The notes under the pieces: model-generated | Database searches by the model: none | What the model saw: the letters and a program-made list of their open reading frames with translations, nothing else | What the model was told of the DNA's origin: nothing | NCBI GenBank assembly: GCA_964036045.1 | Contig: OZ038378.1 | Coordinates: 66,836,001-66,900,000, forward strand | Length of the DNA stretch: 64,000 bases | Reading direction: 5' to 3' | From: Eutreptiella sp. 'Long Island Sound 2002' | Lineage: Eukaryota > Protista > Euglenida | Part shown: in pieces, positions 1 to 12,199 of the stretch | How the letters are laid out: each line of letters begins with the position of its first letter | Numbering within the stretch: the stretch's first letter is position 1 | Position numbers and translations under genes: made by a program

Positions 1-230
1 CTTGCCACTGCCGTTCGCCACGGTCAGACGAAGCACCCGTACTGTACTTCCTAATGAATTTCCGGTGGGAAGAGCGCAGGAATTACTGAGCAGCACATCG
101 CGTGGGGCTGAACTGGAGTACATTTTTTGGGTCCTGTGCCAGACGCCTGTGGCATGTCCGGTGCTAAGCCAAGGGACAGGCGCTCTACAATTGCAGGCTG
201 TTGCTCGAGGTTGGCGATGAATGGAAGGCC
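1..230 (+). mobile_element. Possible decayed 3' end of a LINE ORF2
   Basis: Frame 3 reads ...LNWSTFFGSCARRLWHVRC*..., resembling the LW-x-x-RC/N motif of L1/Tx1-type C-termini; two in-frame stops. Confidence 0.25.
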
Positions 231-1973
231 ATTGGGCGGAAAAAAAAACATCCAGCGGTGGTTGACGGGTGGTGGTAGCGGCTAGGCCAGGGAATGGCCG
301 GTCACAGGTGTCGCACCCGCGCCAATGTTGTTTAAAAGGGGAACCATGCCCCCTGCAAAAGGTAAGTGGAGCACTGCAGTGCGTTGAGCGCTGCTGTGGG
401 ATGAGGGGTCAGCGGGGGGAGAGGGATGGGAGAAGAAGGCAGAGGCTTTGTACAGGGGCTGGTGTTACTCCTGATCTGATCCTACTTGACATCTGCGCAT
501 TCCAAGTGGACACAGACCGGGCCTCGACGTGAGGCATTCCTGTTTGACAATGGGAGCGAACACCTCCACGGGACTGGCCCACATGAGAAAGGGTGAGCGC
601 CTCCCCGGGAGGAGAGGAGCATGGGCACAACCCCCACACGGAATCACACACACACACAGAGAGAAGAAGCAACACAACCGCAACCCACAGCGGATCATAG
701 ACTGTATTGCGTCCCAGCAGGACTGGGCATGGCACAGGAACGACGCAACGCAATGGGCAATGGGGAACCGCGTGGGAACAGCGCTACATCGGTTGAGGAA
801 CGGCACCAACTGGAGCGCTCCACCAGAGGACTATAATGGCCCCGGGGGGGTGACTACAACCGGTCCTGCTGCGACCCCCCCCCCCCCCGCTATCAGCCAA
901 AACTTGGGGGGGGGGGATTGGCGGTTCGGCTGGGGGGGGGGGGTTCCCAAGCTGGGGGGGCCTGCACGCGACCTACTACTACCACATGCATACCTCCAGG
1001 GGGGATGTGTGTCTGGGGGTTTGGGGGTATGGAGGGATGTATGTGAAAGCACTGGGACTGCACTTGAGCAGGGGAAGAGCTCCGAATGCAGGATCTTCAC
1101 TTTGCAACAAACGACATTTGTATAGCGCCCCGTTTTACTAATCTGGCGCTCAAAGCATGGATGGTTTGATGAAAAGGAAGCATGCACAAAAAAAACTGGG
1201 CGCCATTGGCGCCATGCCTCGCAAACCACTATCTCTCAAAACCCGGGGGGGGGGGGGGGGTCGCATACAAGGACCGGGCCCAGCCGCCCCCCTGGGATAA
1301 TGGGAGAATTCAGTCCGATGGACTGCAGAGCGTCTGCAGCCATGGGCATATGCCCGCCTCTTTTGCTATCACAGGCTGCCGGTGATGAGGGCCGTGGAGA
1401 TCTAATGGGGCTGGTAGCAGTGGTCCGGGGGCAGAGACTCCAGGCAAAACGCAGTGACCTGTCTTGATCTTGTTCTCGTGAGGAAGAGGGTGGATGGAGG
1501 AGGGGGTATTATATGCAGGCGCGTTGGGTACTATGCAATGGAGACGGGTGTTCAGTGGCATGTCTGCTGTATGACCTGCTTGTCGAAGTCTTTTTCCCTT
1601 TGTGCAGGGGCAGGTGGGGGGCAACTTAGTGGGTAAGAGTAGAATGTTTGTCTCACCACTCACGATTGCTGAGGAGTCCCTCCTCCCCTTGACGGCTGTG
1701 TTTCCACGGCCCCGCCTAGTCCTTTCGGCAGTACCATTATGCAACATGGCGTAGGCAGGGAAGGCTGGGAGGGCTGGCAGGTTAGTATGAACTTAACGCA
1801 GTGGCAGCCCCCTCCACAGGCCTGAGGAACCCGCAGGGCCCTGAGGTTGCAGGGCAGTGTCCGAAGTCACACAACGGCCAAGGCACCAACCTGAAGGCCA
1901 ATCTGTGCTTGAATGGAGGGGAGGCTAGTGGGGGGTCTCAGACCTGAATACAAAGCGGTTACGGACCGTTGGC

Positions 1974-2327
1974 AGGGGGATCCTTAAGGAAAAAAACAAG
2001 AGTGTTCCTGAACGGCAGTTTTGCAAAAAGACCGCATGTAGCTCATATGTTCAACCATGGTTGGCGGCGGTTGGCGGTTGGCAGTTGGCGGTTGGCGACT
2101 GGCGGTTGGTGGCAGTTGGTGGTGGTTGGCGGCGGTTGGTGGTTGGTGATTGGTGATTGGTGGCGGTTGGCAGTGGTTGATGGTTGGCGGTTGGTCGCCG
2201 CTAGCGGTTGGCAGCGTTTGGCGGCTGGTGGCGGTTGGTGGTTAGCGGTTGGTGGTCCCTTGCAGCGGTCCTTAAGGGCTGTCCTTAAACAAAAAGGAAA
2301 ATAAATCTAGTTCCTAAAGGACCCCCT
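1974..2327. mobile_element. MITE-like element with GGCGGTT/GGTGGTT low-complexity core
   Basis: Imperfect TIRs AGGGGGATCCTTAAGGAA / TTCCTAAAGGACCCCCT. GACCGTTGG occurs on both flanks (1964-1972 and 2329-2337) as a TSD-like duplication. Contains an AGGGCTGTCCTTAA sub-end at 2276. Confidence 0.65.
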
Positions 2328-2540
2328 TGACCGTTGGAAAGGCGGTTGGGGGCTAATCCTGGCGGGTACAAAACGCTTGGAAGGCACTTGCGGCGGGCAG
2401 CGTTGGCAGTGGAACGGACAAGCACTCCCAGAGGGAAGGAGGTACACCCCCCCTCCCTTCAATCACAGGCCTGCTCAAAAGCCAACCCACGCTCCAGTGG
2501 TGGGACCCCAGGATGGATCTGCCTGCCTCTGCTGGATGAT

Positions 2541-2827
2541 CTACACCTGCAGCAGGCGCTTGAGCACATCGTAGGTTGCGAACTGGATACTGCCGTTCGG
2601 GAGCATCCGCAAGTTGTTCGCTAGGCAGCCTTTGTACAGCCCCCTCAGGCCCTCTTTGTGCCAAATCTGTGATACGCAGTGCCTAAGGCTGCAGTACACC
2701 TGCTCCCGGCCCCCACACCCATCAATCTGCATGCGGGTCCGGATAGTGCAAAGGGGGTACACCAGCGTTTGGGCGATAGCTCCAGCAAGGGCCCCGACCA
2801 CCAACTTGCTGAAAAGCGAGGGCGTCC
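2541..2827 (-). CDS. SLC25 mitochondrial carrier last coding exon (GTPSLFSKLVVGALAGAIAQTLVYPLCTIRTRMQ...EGLRGLYKG...LLQV*)
   Basis: CACAG|GG acceptor (phase 1); third carrier repeat; TAG stop at 2541-2543. Confidence 0.93.
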
Positions 2828-3312
2828 CTGTGATGAGTGCATGGGGCACGTGCAGAGGACGGCGGGTTGTGGTGCACGACATATGGCCTGTTCAGGGGAC
2901 AGGGGGGTTGTGATGCAGTGCATGTGGCATGCGGGAGGAGGAGGAGATGCCAATGAGCGATGCAGCGCAACAACCCCATGGCGTTCCATGGACCAGACCA
3001 GCAGAATAGGCACCAACGGAATGGTAAGCGCCGGTGCGGTGACTCTCGGGGCCAACCTTGTGGAGGTATCACGGCGGTGTCTCCCCACAGTCTCCAAGGT
3101 GCATAGCCAACTAACACATAGGGGGTGTTGTCGCACGGTGCGCGCACGGTGCGGGCCTTTTCCGGTGTTTCCGGGGATTTTACCCAGTGGAGAGGCCCAC
3201 AACAAACCACTCTGGCGGGTGTTCCCAAATGCTTGTGGATGGTCACCAAAAGCCTTTGGGTGATATCTGGTGTTTCTTTCTGCCTTGCAGGGCTTTTTTT
3301 GTTACTTCCTGG

Positions 3313-5892
3313 TGGGTCTAATGGTTTTCATACGTCCACGTGTCCCTAATTCTGCCCCTGTTGGCCCCTGCTGGTACACCAGGAATTTTTCTTTTTCAGT
3401 CTGATGGTTGCCATATGTCCCAGTGTCCCCAATTCTGCCCCTGTTGGCCCCTGCTGGTACACCAGGAATTTTTTTTTTTTAGTCTGATGGTTGCCATGGG
3501 TCCCAGTGTCCCTAATTCTGCCCCTGTTGGCCCCTGCTGGTACAGTAGGAATTTTTTTTTTTAGTCTGATGGTTGCCATATGTCCCAGTGTCCCTAATTC
3601 TGCCCCCGTTGGCCCCTACTGGTACACCACGAATTTTTTTTTTTAGTCTGATGGTTGCCATATGTCCCAGTGTCCCTAATTCTGCCCCTGTTGGCCCCCG
3701 CTGGTACGCCAGGAATTTTTTTTTTTTAGTCTGATGGTTGTCATATGTCCCAGTGTCCCTAATTCTGCCCCTGTTGGCCCCTGCTGGTACACCAGGAATT
3801 TTTTTTTTTACTCTGATGGTTGCCATATGTCCCAGTGTCCCTAATTCTGCCCCCGTTGGCCCCTACTGGTACACCACGAATTTTTTTTCAGTCTGATGGT
3901 TGCCATATGTCCCAGTGTCCCTAATTCTGCCCCTGTTGGCCCCTGCTGGTACACCAGGAATTTTTTTTTAGTCTGATGGTTGCCATATGTCCCAGTGTCC
4001 CTAATTCTGCCCCTGTTGGCCCCCGCTGGTACGCCAGGAATTTTTTTTTTTTACTCTGATGGTTGCCATATGTCCCAGTGTCCCTAATTCTGCCCCTGTT
4101 GGCCCTTGCTGGTACGCCAGGAATTTTTTTTTTTAGTCTGATGGTTGCCATATGTCCCAGTGTCCCTAATTCTGCCCCTGTTGGCCCCTGCTGGTACACC
4201 AGGAAATTTTTTTCAGTCTGATGGTTGCCATATGTCCCAGTGTCCCTAATTCTGCCCCTGTTGGCCCTTGCTGGTACGCCAGGAATTTTTTTTTTTAGTC
4301 TGATGGTTGCCATATGTCCCAGTGTCCCTAATTCTGCCCCTGTTGGCCCCTGCTGGTACACCAGGAATTTTTTTTTTGGTCTGATGGTTGCCATATGTCC
4401 CAGTGTCCCTAATTCTGCCCCTGTTGGCCCCCGCTGGTACGCCAGGAATTTTTTTTTTTTACTCTGATGGTTGCCATATGTCCCAGTGTCCCTAATTCTG
4501 CCCCTGTTGGCCCTTGCTGGTACGCCAGGAATTTTTTTTTTTACTCTGATGGTTGCCATATGTCCCAGTGTCCCTAATTCTGCCCCTGTTGGCCCCTACT
4601 GGTACACCAGGAATTTTTTTTTTTAGTCTGATGGTTGCCATATGTCCCAGTGTCCCTAATTCTGCCCCTGTTGGCCCCTGCAGGTACACCAGGAAATTTT
4701 TTTCAGTCTGATGGTTGCCATATGTCCCAGTGTCCCTAATTCTGCCCCTGTTGGCCCCTGCTGGTACGCCAGGAATTTTTTTTTTTACTCTGATGGTTGC
4801 CATATGTCCCAGTGTCCCTAATTCTGCCCCTGTTGGCCCCCGCTGGTACGCCAGGAATTTTTTTTTTTAGTCTGATGGTTGCCATATGTCCCAGTGTCCC
4901 TAATTCTGCCCCTGTTGGCCCCTGCTGGTACACCAGGAATTTTTTTTTTAGTCTGATGGTTGCCATATGTCCTAGTGTACCCAATTCTGCCCCTGTTGGC
5001 CCCTGCTGGTACACCAGGAATTTTTTTTTTTACTCTGATGGTTGCCATATGTCCCAGTGTCCCTAATTCTGCCCCTGTTGGCCCCTACTGGTACACCAGG
5101 AATTTTTTTTTTTAGTCTGATGGTTGCCATATGTCCCAGTGTCCCTAATTCTGCCCCTGTTGGCCCCTGCAGGTACACCAGGAAATTTTTTTCAGTCTGA
5201 TGGTTGCCATATGTCCCAGTGTCCCTAATTCTGCCCCTGTTGGCCCCTGCTGGTACGCCAGGAATTTTTTTTTTTACTCTGATGGTTGCCATATGTCCCA
5301 GTGTCCCTAATTCTGCCCCCGTTGGCCCCTACTGGTACACCACGAATTTTTTTTTTTAGTCTGATGGTTGCCATATGTCCCAGTGTCCCTAATTCTGCCC
5401 CTGTTGGCCCCTGCTGGTACACCAGGAATTTTTTTTTTAGTCTGATGGTTGCCATATGTCCTAGTGTACCCAATTCTGCCCCTGTTGGCCCCTGCTGGTA
5501 CACCAGGAAATTTTTTTTAGTCTGATGGTTGCCATATGTCCCAGTGTCCCTAATTCTGCCCCTGTTGGCCCCCGCTGGTACACCAGGAATTTTTTTTTTT
5601 AGTCTGATGGTTGCCATATGTCCTAGTGTCCCTAATTCTGCCCCTGTTGGCCCCTGCTGGCACACCACGAATTTTTTATTTAGTCTGATGGTTGCCATAT
5701 GTCCTAGTGTCCCTAATTCTGCCCTTGTTGGCCCCTGCTGGTACACCAGGAATTTTTTTTTTTAGTCTGATGGTTGCCATATGTCCCAGTGTCCCTAATT
5801 CTGCCCCTGTTGGCCCCTGCTGGTACACCAGGAATTTTTCTTTTAGTCTGATGGTTGCCATATGTCCCAGTGTCCCTAGTTTTTAGTCTGAT
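3313..5892. repeat. Tandem array of ~31 copies of an ~81-bp unit with a variable poly-T tract
   Basis: Unit GTCCCTAATTCTGCCCCTGTTGGCCCCTGCTGGTACACCAGGAA(T)nAGTCTGATGGTTGCCATATGTCCCAGT, repeated head-to-tail with very few substitutions. Confidence 0.98.
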
Positions 5893-6034
5893 GGCCCAAA
5901 TGCACGTAACAGCGTAAGCAAAGAGCAGACGGGGTGCCTTTCAATAACACAAACAGTTTGTCCTTCCACACACAATTCTCAGACCAAATGCTCTGCGATG
6001 AACCATGAAATGAAATAGCAAATACACTGATGGG

Positions 6035-7328
6035 CTAACAAGTGGGACCCTGATGGCATGCATCACAGAAATGGAGCCCACAGGACGAACATGTGTGGTT
6101 ACTCAGGCGGGCACACAATTGGCACGCACTCAGCACGCCTTGTGTATCAACTTCTTCGGTTGGGACCTCAAGAGGGGCATCAGTCCACAGTGTGGGAGGC
6201 ACATGTGGCCAAGGCCCATAGGGTTGATACTTAACTTTACGATTCAAGACAAACTGCTCCATATGCAACAAAATGCGGACATACTGATGCAACTCCTCCT
6301 CCCCACCATCCCAAATGTTGCGCACGATTTTCCGTTGCCACAGTTGCGCGAACAACTGTTCGACGCGTGCACGATACCAACCGTGCACATCGTTATATTC
6401 TTGTTGTCGGCCGTTGAGGTTTCCTCTACCCCAAAAAGGGACCACTGTGTGGATGCGGCCTTTGTGGGCACCATCGTGCAAACCCACCTCAAAATCAAAA
6501 AAATCTCCAAGGGTGCGTTGCGGCCCTTCCCTGTCCCAAATCAATACATCTGGTGTGGTTCCCGGTGAAAGAACACAGCACCATACTATATTGCCCAAAA
6601 AATCGAGAGCTACAGTGACTTTGTAGATGTTTCCCGCATATTTTGGGTTGAAAAGTGCGTCACTCAAGGCCCCCCCAATTGATGCAATTGGCATTGCGTC
6701 CGTGAAATGGGTTGCAAGAAACGGGAAGTGTGGGCTGTGGTTGTATTCATCTAGCCTTTGACTCCAAAGAATTTCCCCAACAACCTCATTCAAGTACTGA
6801 CGACTACGGTCCACAGATTTCCAAAATGTCTTGTCACTACAATCGGACTGAGATACAAAGGCCGCACGGTCGTATGTAGGGGCTTGTTTCAGCACAAAAA
6901 ACAGCCTGAACAAGTCTTCACGTGTTAGATATTCAAGGTGCGCATACTTCATAAATACCTCTTCCATGGTTGGGGCATCCCGACCAATCAACGCAATTTG
7001 TTGTCGGGCAGACTCACTCTTGCAGCGAGTTTCCCACCACTTAATCCCTCCCACCACCACCCCGTTGTCAAGAATCTCTTGCATTGGATGCAGCGGGTGC
7101 GCAAGGTTACGATGTACAGCCAACAAATATTCCAGGACTTGTGACTCGGTCCTTTTATCTGCAGATGCACACTCCTGAGCCGTGGCCTCTGGAATTTCAG
7201 GCGGTGCAGCCAAAGCAGGAGGCTTGGGCTTCTGTCCTCGACCCTGACCCCTGCCCCTGCCCTTGCCACTGCCCTTGCCCCGACCTTGGCCCTGGTTCTG
7301 ACTAGCTTGCTCAGTGTTGTTGCTGCTA

Positions 7329-7360
<32 letters not shown>

Positions 7361-8005
7361 ACTGCTGGAAGGTGTGAAAAAACCATGCAATGTGCGTTGC
7401 CGTTTGGCTGCAGCTGCTTCCTTCACCTGTTCCTTCCTTTCCCTCAAGCGATCAATTTCAGGACGCATGGTGCTTACTTCAGAACCCCCTGCCCTCTTCT
7501 CTGGATCCTTTGGGCGGTGGTGCCCCCAATCTGTCCGCAAAATCTTGCGCACAATAGGTGGAATGTCAGCCGGAAAACCGGGATATGCAGGATGAACGTT
7601 ACGCCAGAAATTCAAATGCGCTGTCCTGAAATGTTCCATGAAAACCTGGCATTGCAACGGTTGTGTCTTTGGCATCTTCAGGCCTGTGGGCAGGTTTGAC
7701 TTGGGGAAATGCACAGGAGTTTGGTCCATAAACACTTTCTCCCTGAGCGCAATGGCAGGAAGACGTGCTCTAATGGCCTGCCTGTAGCGCAAAATCGGTG
7801 TCAACGTGACGGCGCCACCTCCCTCACGTTCAGGTCTGTCTGCTTTGCCTTTCCTTGTGGTGCTGCCCTTCACAAATGCCTTCTCACGAGTTCTGCACAA
7901 AAGCGCGCGCACAATGCGGCGTGCGCACAAAAAAAAAGAGACGGGACAACCACAGCCGGAGGCACATGTTGAATGGTACACTGCAGCAGGGAGAAAATAC
8001 CGCAA
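6035..8005 (-). CDS. PIF/Harbinger-ISL2EU-type (DDE_Tnp_4-like) transposase with C-terminal Cys-rich finger; first ATG at 7729 gives 564 aa
   Basis: Uninterrupted 656-codon frame. Motifs: FTDAMP (D1), FNPKYAGNIYKVTVALDFLG, SPGTTPD, LHDGAHKG (D2), QQEYNDVHGWYRARVEQLF (E). HTH-like LFFVLKQAPTYD...SDKTFWK upstream. Ends in CQLC-x7-CSSC-x4-CDACH-x4-C. Confidence 0.85.
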
Positions 8006-8135
8006 GCGAGATTCACTGCTGGGCTCTGCTACCGTTTGGGGAGTGTTCTAGGCACTGGTCGAGGTCTGGTCATCGATCCACGCACCCTTGAAGTGAAGGT
8101 GTTGGTGTTCCCTGAGACGCGGCGAGGATGCCATG

Positions 8136-8809
8136 TCACATGTAGCGAACCCTGCGATGAGGGTGGACGTGAAAGATCTTTAGAGGTTGTTTGACATTCA
8201 AAGGTTCGCCGAGGCTCCATTGGCGTTCCACGTTGGCGCCCGGAGGAAGCAGCTCCCATCTTTTGAGAAAATATTCCGCGGCAGACACGTACCGATTCTT
8301 CCTGGAAGTTTCTTGCCGGCGACGCAAGAGCCAGTCTACAACCTCCTGCCAGACCTCATCAGAAATGTCAATTTTCACGGACTTAGCAGCTTGGCGCCTC
8401 TCCTTTTGACGCTCCTGAGCCTGTGCACTAGTCTTGGATGCCCGTTTAGGAGGGGGTTGTGGTGCGCCGCCTTCCACAGGTGCCTCCGGCTGTGGTTGCT
8501 GACCAGGATCAACATTTTCAGGTTGAAAAGGGGGGTCTTCATTGGGTTCCACACGTGCCTCCGGCTGTGGTTGCTCATGGCGTTGTGGTGGAGATAATGA
8601 GGGTGATGGGGAGGGGCTCCTGATCTGGAACTCAATGCGGCGAAATACAGCGGCCTCATGAACAACTACTTTGCCACAACTTCATATTGGATCCGCAAAA
8701 AGTCCCCGGGCTGCGGTGAAGAACCCAACACAATTGCCGGGACTCGATCACCCGTACTTGCGCGATTGTAGAAGACATCCGTACCAGGGGTGACCCAGGA
8801 CAAAGACAT
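8136..8809 (-). pseudogene. Accessory ORF of the Harbinger-like element (~224 aa, one frameshift near 8678): N-terminal SH3/Tudor-like module, Pro/Gln linker, basic helical C-terminal part
   Basis: MSLSWVTPGTDVFYNRASTGDRVPAIVLGSSPQPGDFLRIQYEV continues after a 1-base shift as GKVVVHEAAVFRRIEFQIRSPSPS..., open into the 8136-8552 ORF. Same strand as, and directly upstream of, the transposase. Confidence 0.6.
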
Positions 8810-9419
8810 GATAAATCTGAGCTGCAATGGGGGAGAAACACTGCCTGTGACAATGAATATATCGAAACTTCGCACGGTGCGCGCACGGTGCGTGCAACTC
8901 CCTCATATAGGATTTGTGGATAAATAACCAAAGGTGCATGTGGCTTCACACAACGCCAAAGGTACCTGAGAGGTATTAAACAAGTGATTAAGCACAATAA
9001 CAGATTCCCTGCCACTTGCAAGGGTTGGATTGGCCTGCGCTTGAACCCATCCTTGGTCCGGGGCAGGGTGGTACCACAGCCCCAGCTCAACCACCAGTCC
9101 CCAGAAAACCCTGTTGGGGCTCTAGTGACGTCTTTGTGCCTGGAATCTGACCCGGGCCCAGGGGGGAGTACCCGAAGGCCTTTTGCCCGCGGCACAAGGG
9201 CCCCTATTGCATCCATCGGCAACCGCAGATCGGTCCCTCATAACCACCGGGGGCACACCAGACATCATCGTTGTCCCCCAGGGCCCACTTACCGGTCCGG
9301 TCCTAGCGCTAGCCCGAGGAGTTGACACGATATGTGGCACCATGCTCTCCGCCAGTGTTTACTAGCACCGAGACCCAAGGGCGGTCAACTTGTCTACACC
9401 TGCACAGGGGTGCATCCCG

Positions 9420-10640
9420 GGCAGGGTTGCCCACCCACCGCAACCACCCCCCCAATTAGGCGAAGAAATCCCAACAATTCGGCAGGACAATTCGGCGGGC
9501 CTATTTTTCGGCGAACTGCTTCCCAGTCACCAGGATTATGGCCCTGGCCCCCCAAACACACTGTCCCTTTGGTTGCTGTGTTGTCAGAGACATGTGGAAA
9601 CCCTTGTAAGCTGAAAAATTTTTTGCATTGTGCAGGTTCTATAAGACGAAAAATGACAATTGCAGAGCGAAAATGAGTGGTTGACTGGTTACAATGCTGG
9701 GCTATAAGACGCTGAAAATTCGGGTACCCAGGTTCAAACCCAGTTGAGGGTACTTTTGTGACCTGGACCCAGAGTCAAAGACAGGTTTTTGGAAGTGTCC
9801 GGGGGGGTAACTTGGGGTAACTTGGTCCCACCGTTTCGGTTTGTGGCGCTTTTTTTTGCATGTGCACGGGACGACTGTGCACTTTCTGAATATCCAAAAA
9901 GCGCCGATTGCTTCAACGACATTTTGGAAAAACGGCACCGTTTTTGGGCGGGGTCACCCAGAAAAATGGCAAAACCTGCCCACAGTCAAATAGGGGGTTT
10001 TGGAGGTGTCGGGGGGGGGGGGGGGACTTGGTCCCACCGTTTCGGTTTGTGGCGCTTTTTTTTGCATGTGCACGGGAAGACTGTGCACTTTCTGAAGATC
10101 CAAAAAGCGCCGATTGCTTCAACGACATTTTTGAAATCCGGGCCTGTATAGCTTGCCGTTGTTATCATACAAACCATACTTACCGTACTTTTCAACCCGC
10201 TGTGCAATTGTAACAGTTTTCAGCACACGGGGTTTTTTGGCCTTCTTTAAGGTGTCGCAAACTGTGTCGCAAACTGCCCCCTCACCGGCATCAGGATACT
10301 TGTCCCGAAGCAAAGCTTGATCAGCGGAGGACAACGAATCCCAGGGGACCAAAGACACGTCCTTTTGTGGACAGTAAAAACACTGCATGGTGCCAATCTG
10401 AACAACCAATGTACAAAGAAAAGGTATTATGCAGTGTCCCAAAGTAAGGGATGCCTCCAACTCAGGTGATCCAGAACCCAGAAACCCCAACAGGTCGGCA
10501 AAACGAGGTGGCAAAATCCCAGAAACCTGGTGATTCGGCAAAACAAATCGGCGAAATTCAGAAACCGAACAATTCGGCAGACCAATTCGGCAAATTCGGC
10601 CAAATTCGGCCGCCGAATTGGGGGGGGGGGGTTGCCACCG
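9420..10640 (-). mobile_element. Internally deleted hAT-like element with a CGGBP1-like N-terminal transposase fragment (10140-10388), interrupted by a SINE-like insert
   Basis: Inverted ends GCAACC(A)CCCCCCCAATTAGGCG (9440-9462) and CGCCGAATTG(G)nTTGC (10611-10635), with AATTCGGC subterminal repeats on both sides. MQCFYC...TVTIAQRVEKYGKYGLYDNNGKLY resembles the lead-in to the CGGBP1-type zinc finger and is truncated there. Confidence 0.5.
9670..10140 (+). mobile_element. Putative tRNA-derived SINE with an internal ~206-bp tandem duplication
   Basis: A-box-like TGGTTGACTGG (9678), D-arm-like stem, B-box-like GGTTCAAACC (9731). ACTTGGTCCCACCGTTTCGG... repeats at 9820 and 10026. Confidence 0.4.
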
Positions 10641-12199
10641 TACATAATGCAGAAACTCACCGACAAACAATCAAAAGAACTGCCCTAGACCTTGACGGAC
10701 AACTACAGCCAGGGATTGGACACCACATGTCACACTCACCGACCTATGCTTATACGAAAATTAAAAGGGCTTGCTGGAGCACAGGGAGTCATATGTTTCA
10801 TGTCTCAAAGAATGCAACAAATTACAACAAGCTACACCACAACACATCACAGCTGGATCTGAAGTAGTTGGCGGGGTACAGTCCACCATCCATAACCGCC
10901 GCTGTAGCCGGGACATTCAACTTCAGGAGGTGGGGTGAAACCTGCACTCCCTTTCCACTCCCCCTTCCATCCCCTCCTAACCTGCCTTGGGGGATAACAC
11001 CTGTGGGCTGCGGGGTGCCCAGAATCCCTTGAGCTCCTGCCCACCACCCCCCAGTGGAGCTCTGCTCGCTGCATCCCGGCAGTGTTGCACCTCCACCCTC
11101 CAAGGTGGCTGGTGGTGGGGGGCTCTACCACGACCATGCTGCTCTCCAGGTTGCATGTTGGCCTAAGGGGGTGCACTGCCGCCTCCCCTAGTCACAGCCC
11201 CACACCAGCTGTGAGGTACGCGCCCCTGGGCAGACGTGGGGGTAAGCACAGAGGACAGAGGGGTTGCGCGGCAGTACGTGTGGCATGCACAGAGGACAAA
11301 GGGTTTGTGATGTATTACATGTGGCATGCAGCAACGGCAGTGCATAGGGTTTGCGACTGCCAAGGAGATGCATTTCCAGGGCATACTCCAAACTCCACTA
11401 CACCATTGTTATTGCTTGCAGGGTCAGTGCGGAAGCGAAATTTACAGGGGAAGGCCTCCTTGCCTTGGCAAACAACGCCAGGTCCCCAACTCCCATACGC
11501 ATACTGCAACTCACACCAACAGCACCCTCTGTGCCCGAACGTACATGCAGACCATGCCAAGCATGGGTCAAATGGGCCGGAACCCGTGCTACGCGCCCTC
11601 GTTGCGGACTTTCCACTAATTATAGTGACTCCCACCTGCTCGGCCATTTGTTGAACACAGTCGTCGAAAAAGACAACACCAGACCCCCCTGAGGCACGGC
11701 CGTGAAGACGAAGCGGCTGAAGGCTGTGAGCTACGCATGGCAGCAAACGCAATGCACAGAACCACGTGTAATTGGGGGCGTTTCAGTGTAGTTCTGGACC
11801 CCAACACCCGCGATGTAAGGGGGGTCAATCTTTTGTTTCGGGTGCGTTTTTGGCATATTTGAATTTTGCTGCAGATAAAATGGGTGTGAAAACTGTTGCC
11901 CACTCACCATAAGTGACAAGAAAAAAAAACAACAGGAGATCCTTGCAGACGCACAAATGAACCTCCCAAAGAACCCAACGAGCTGTACTGTTGTCATCGA
12001 ACAAAATTCCTGCGCTCCATGAGCGTCCCTACTTATGCCCCCTGTCCCGTGCGACGTATTCCCCGTGTTAGTCGTATACCACGGCGATGATGAGGATTCC
12101 CTGAACTCATGGGCAACAATTGGGGAGGCACACGGGAGGGGTGCAACTCATGGGTCTTCACTCGGATTCGAACCAGCTCCACCGGCGCTGGCAGCAGAC

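Noticed and set aside
880-1260. Poly-G/C runs as G-quadruplex regulatory elements
   Set aside because: Such runs occur throughout the window as parts of repeat families, and their lengths are prone to sequencing error; nothing is locus-specific.
3313-5892. CRISPR-like appearance of the regular array, and the many MATIRLKKK/MPYVPVS ORFs in it
   Set aside because: There are no unique spacers; the whole unit repeats and only the poly-T length and a few SNPs vary. The ORFs are by-products of the repeat.
10680-11620. Penelope-like thumb plus GIY-YIG relic (LAGYSPPSI; YCLQGQCGSEIYRG)
   Set aside because: Motifs are too short and degenerate to support without a profile search.
12150-12180. B-box-like GGTTCGAATCC on the minus strand
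   Set aside because: No convincing A box or cloverleaf upstream; that position is the carrier exon and donor site.
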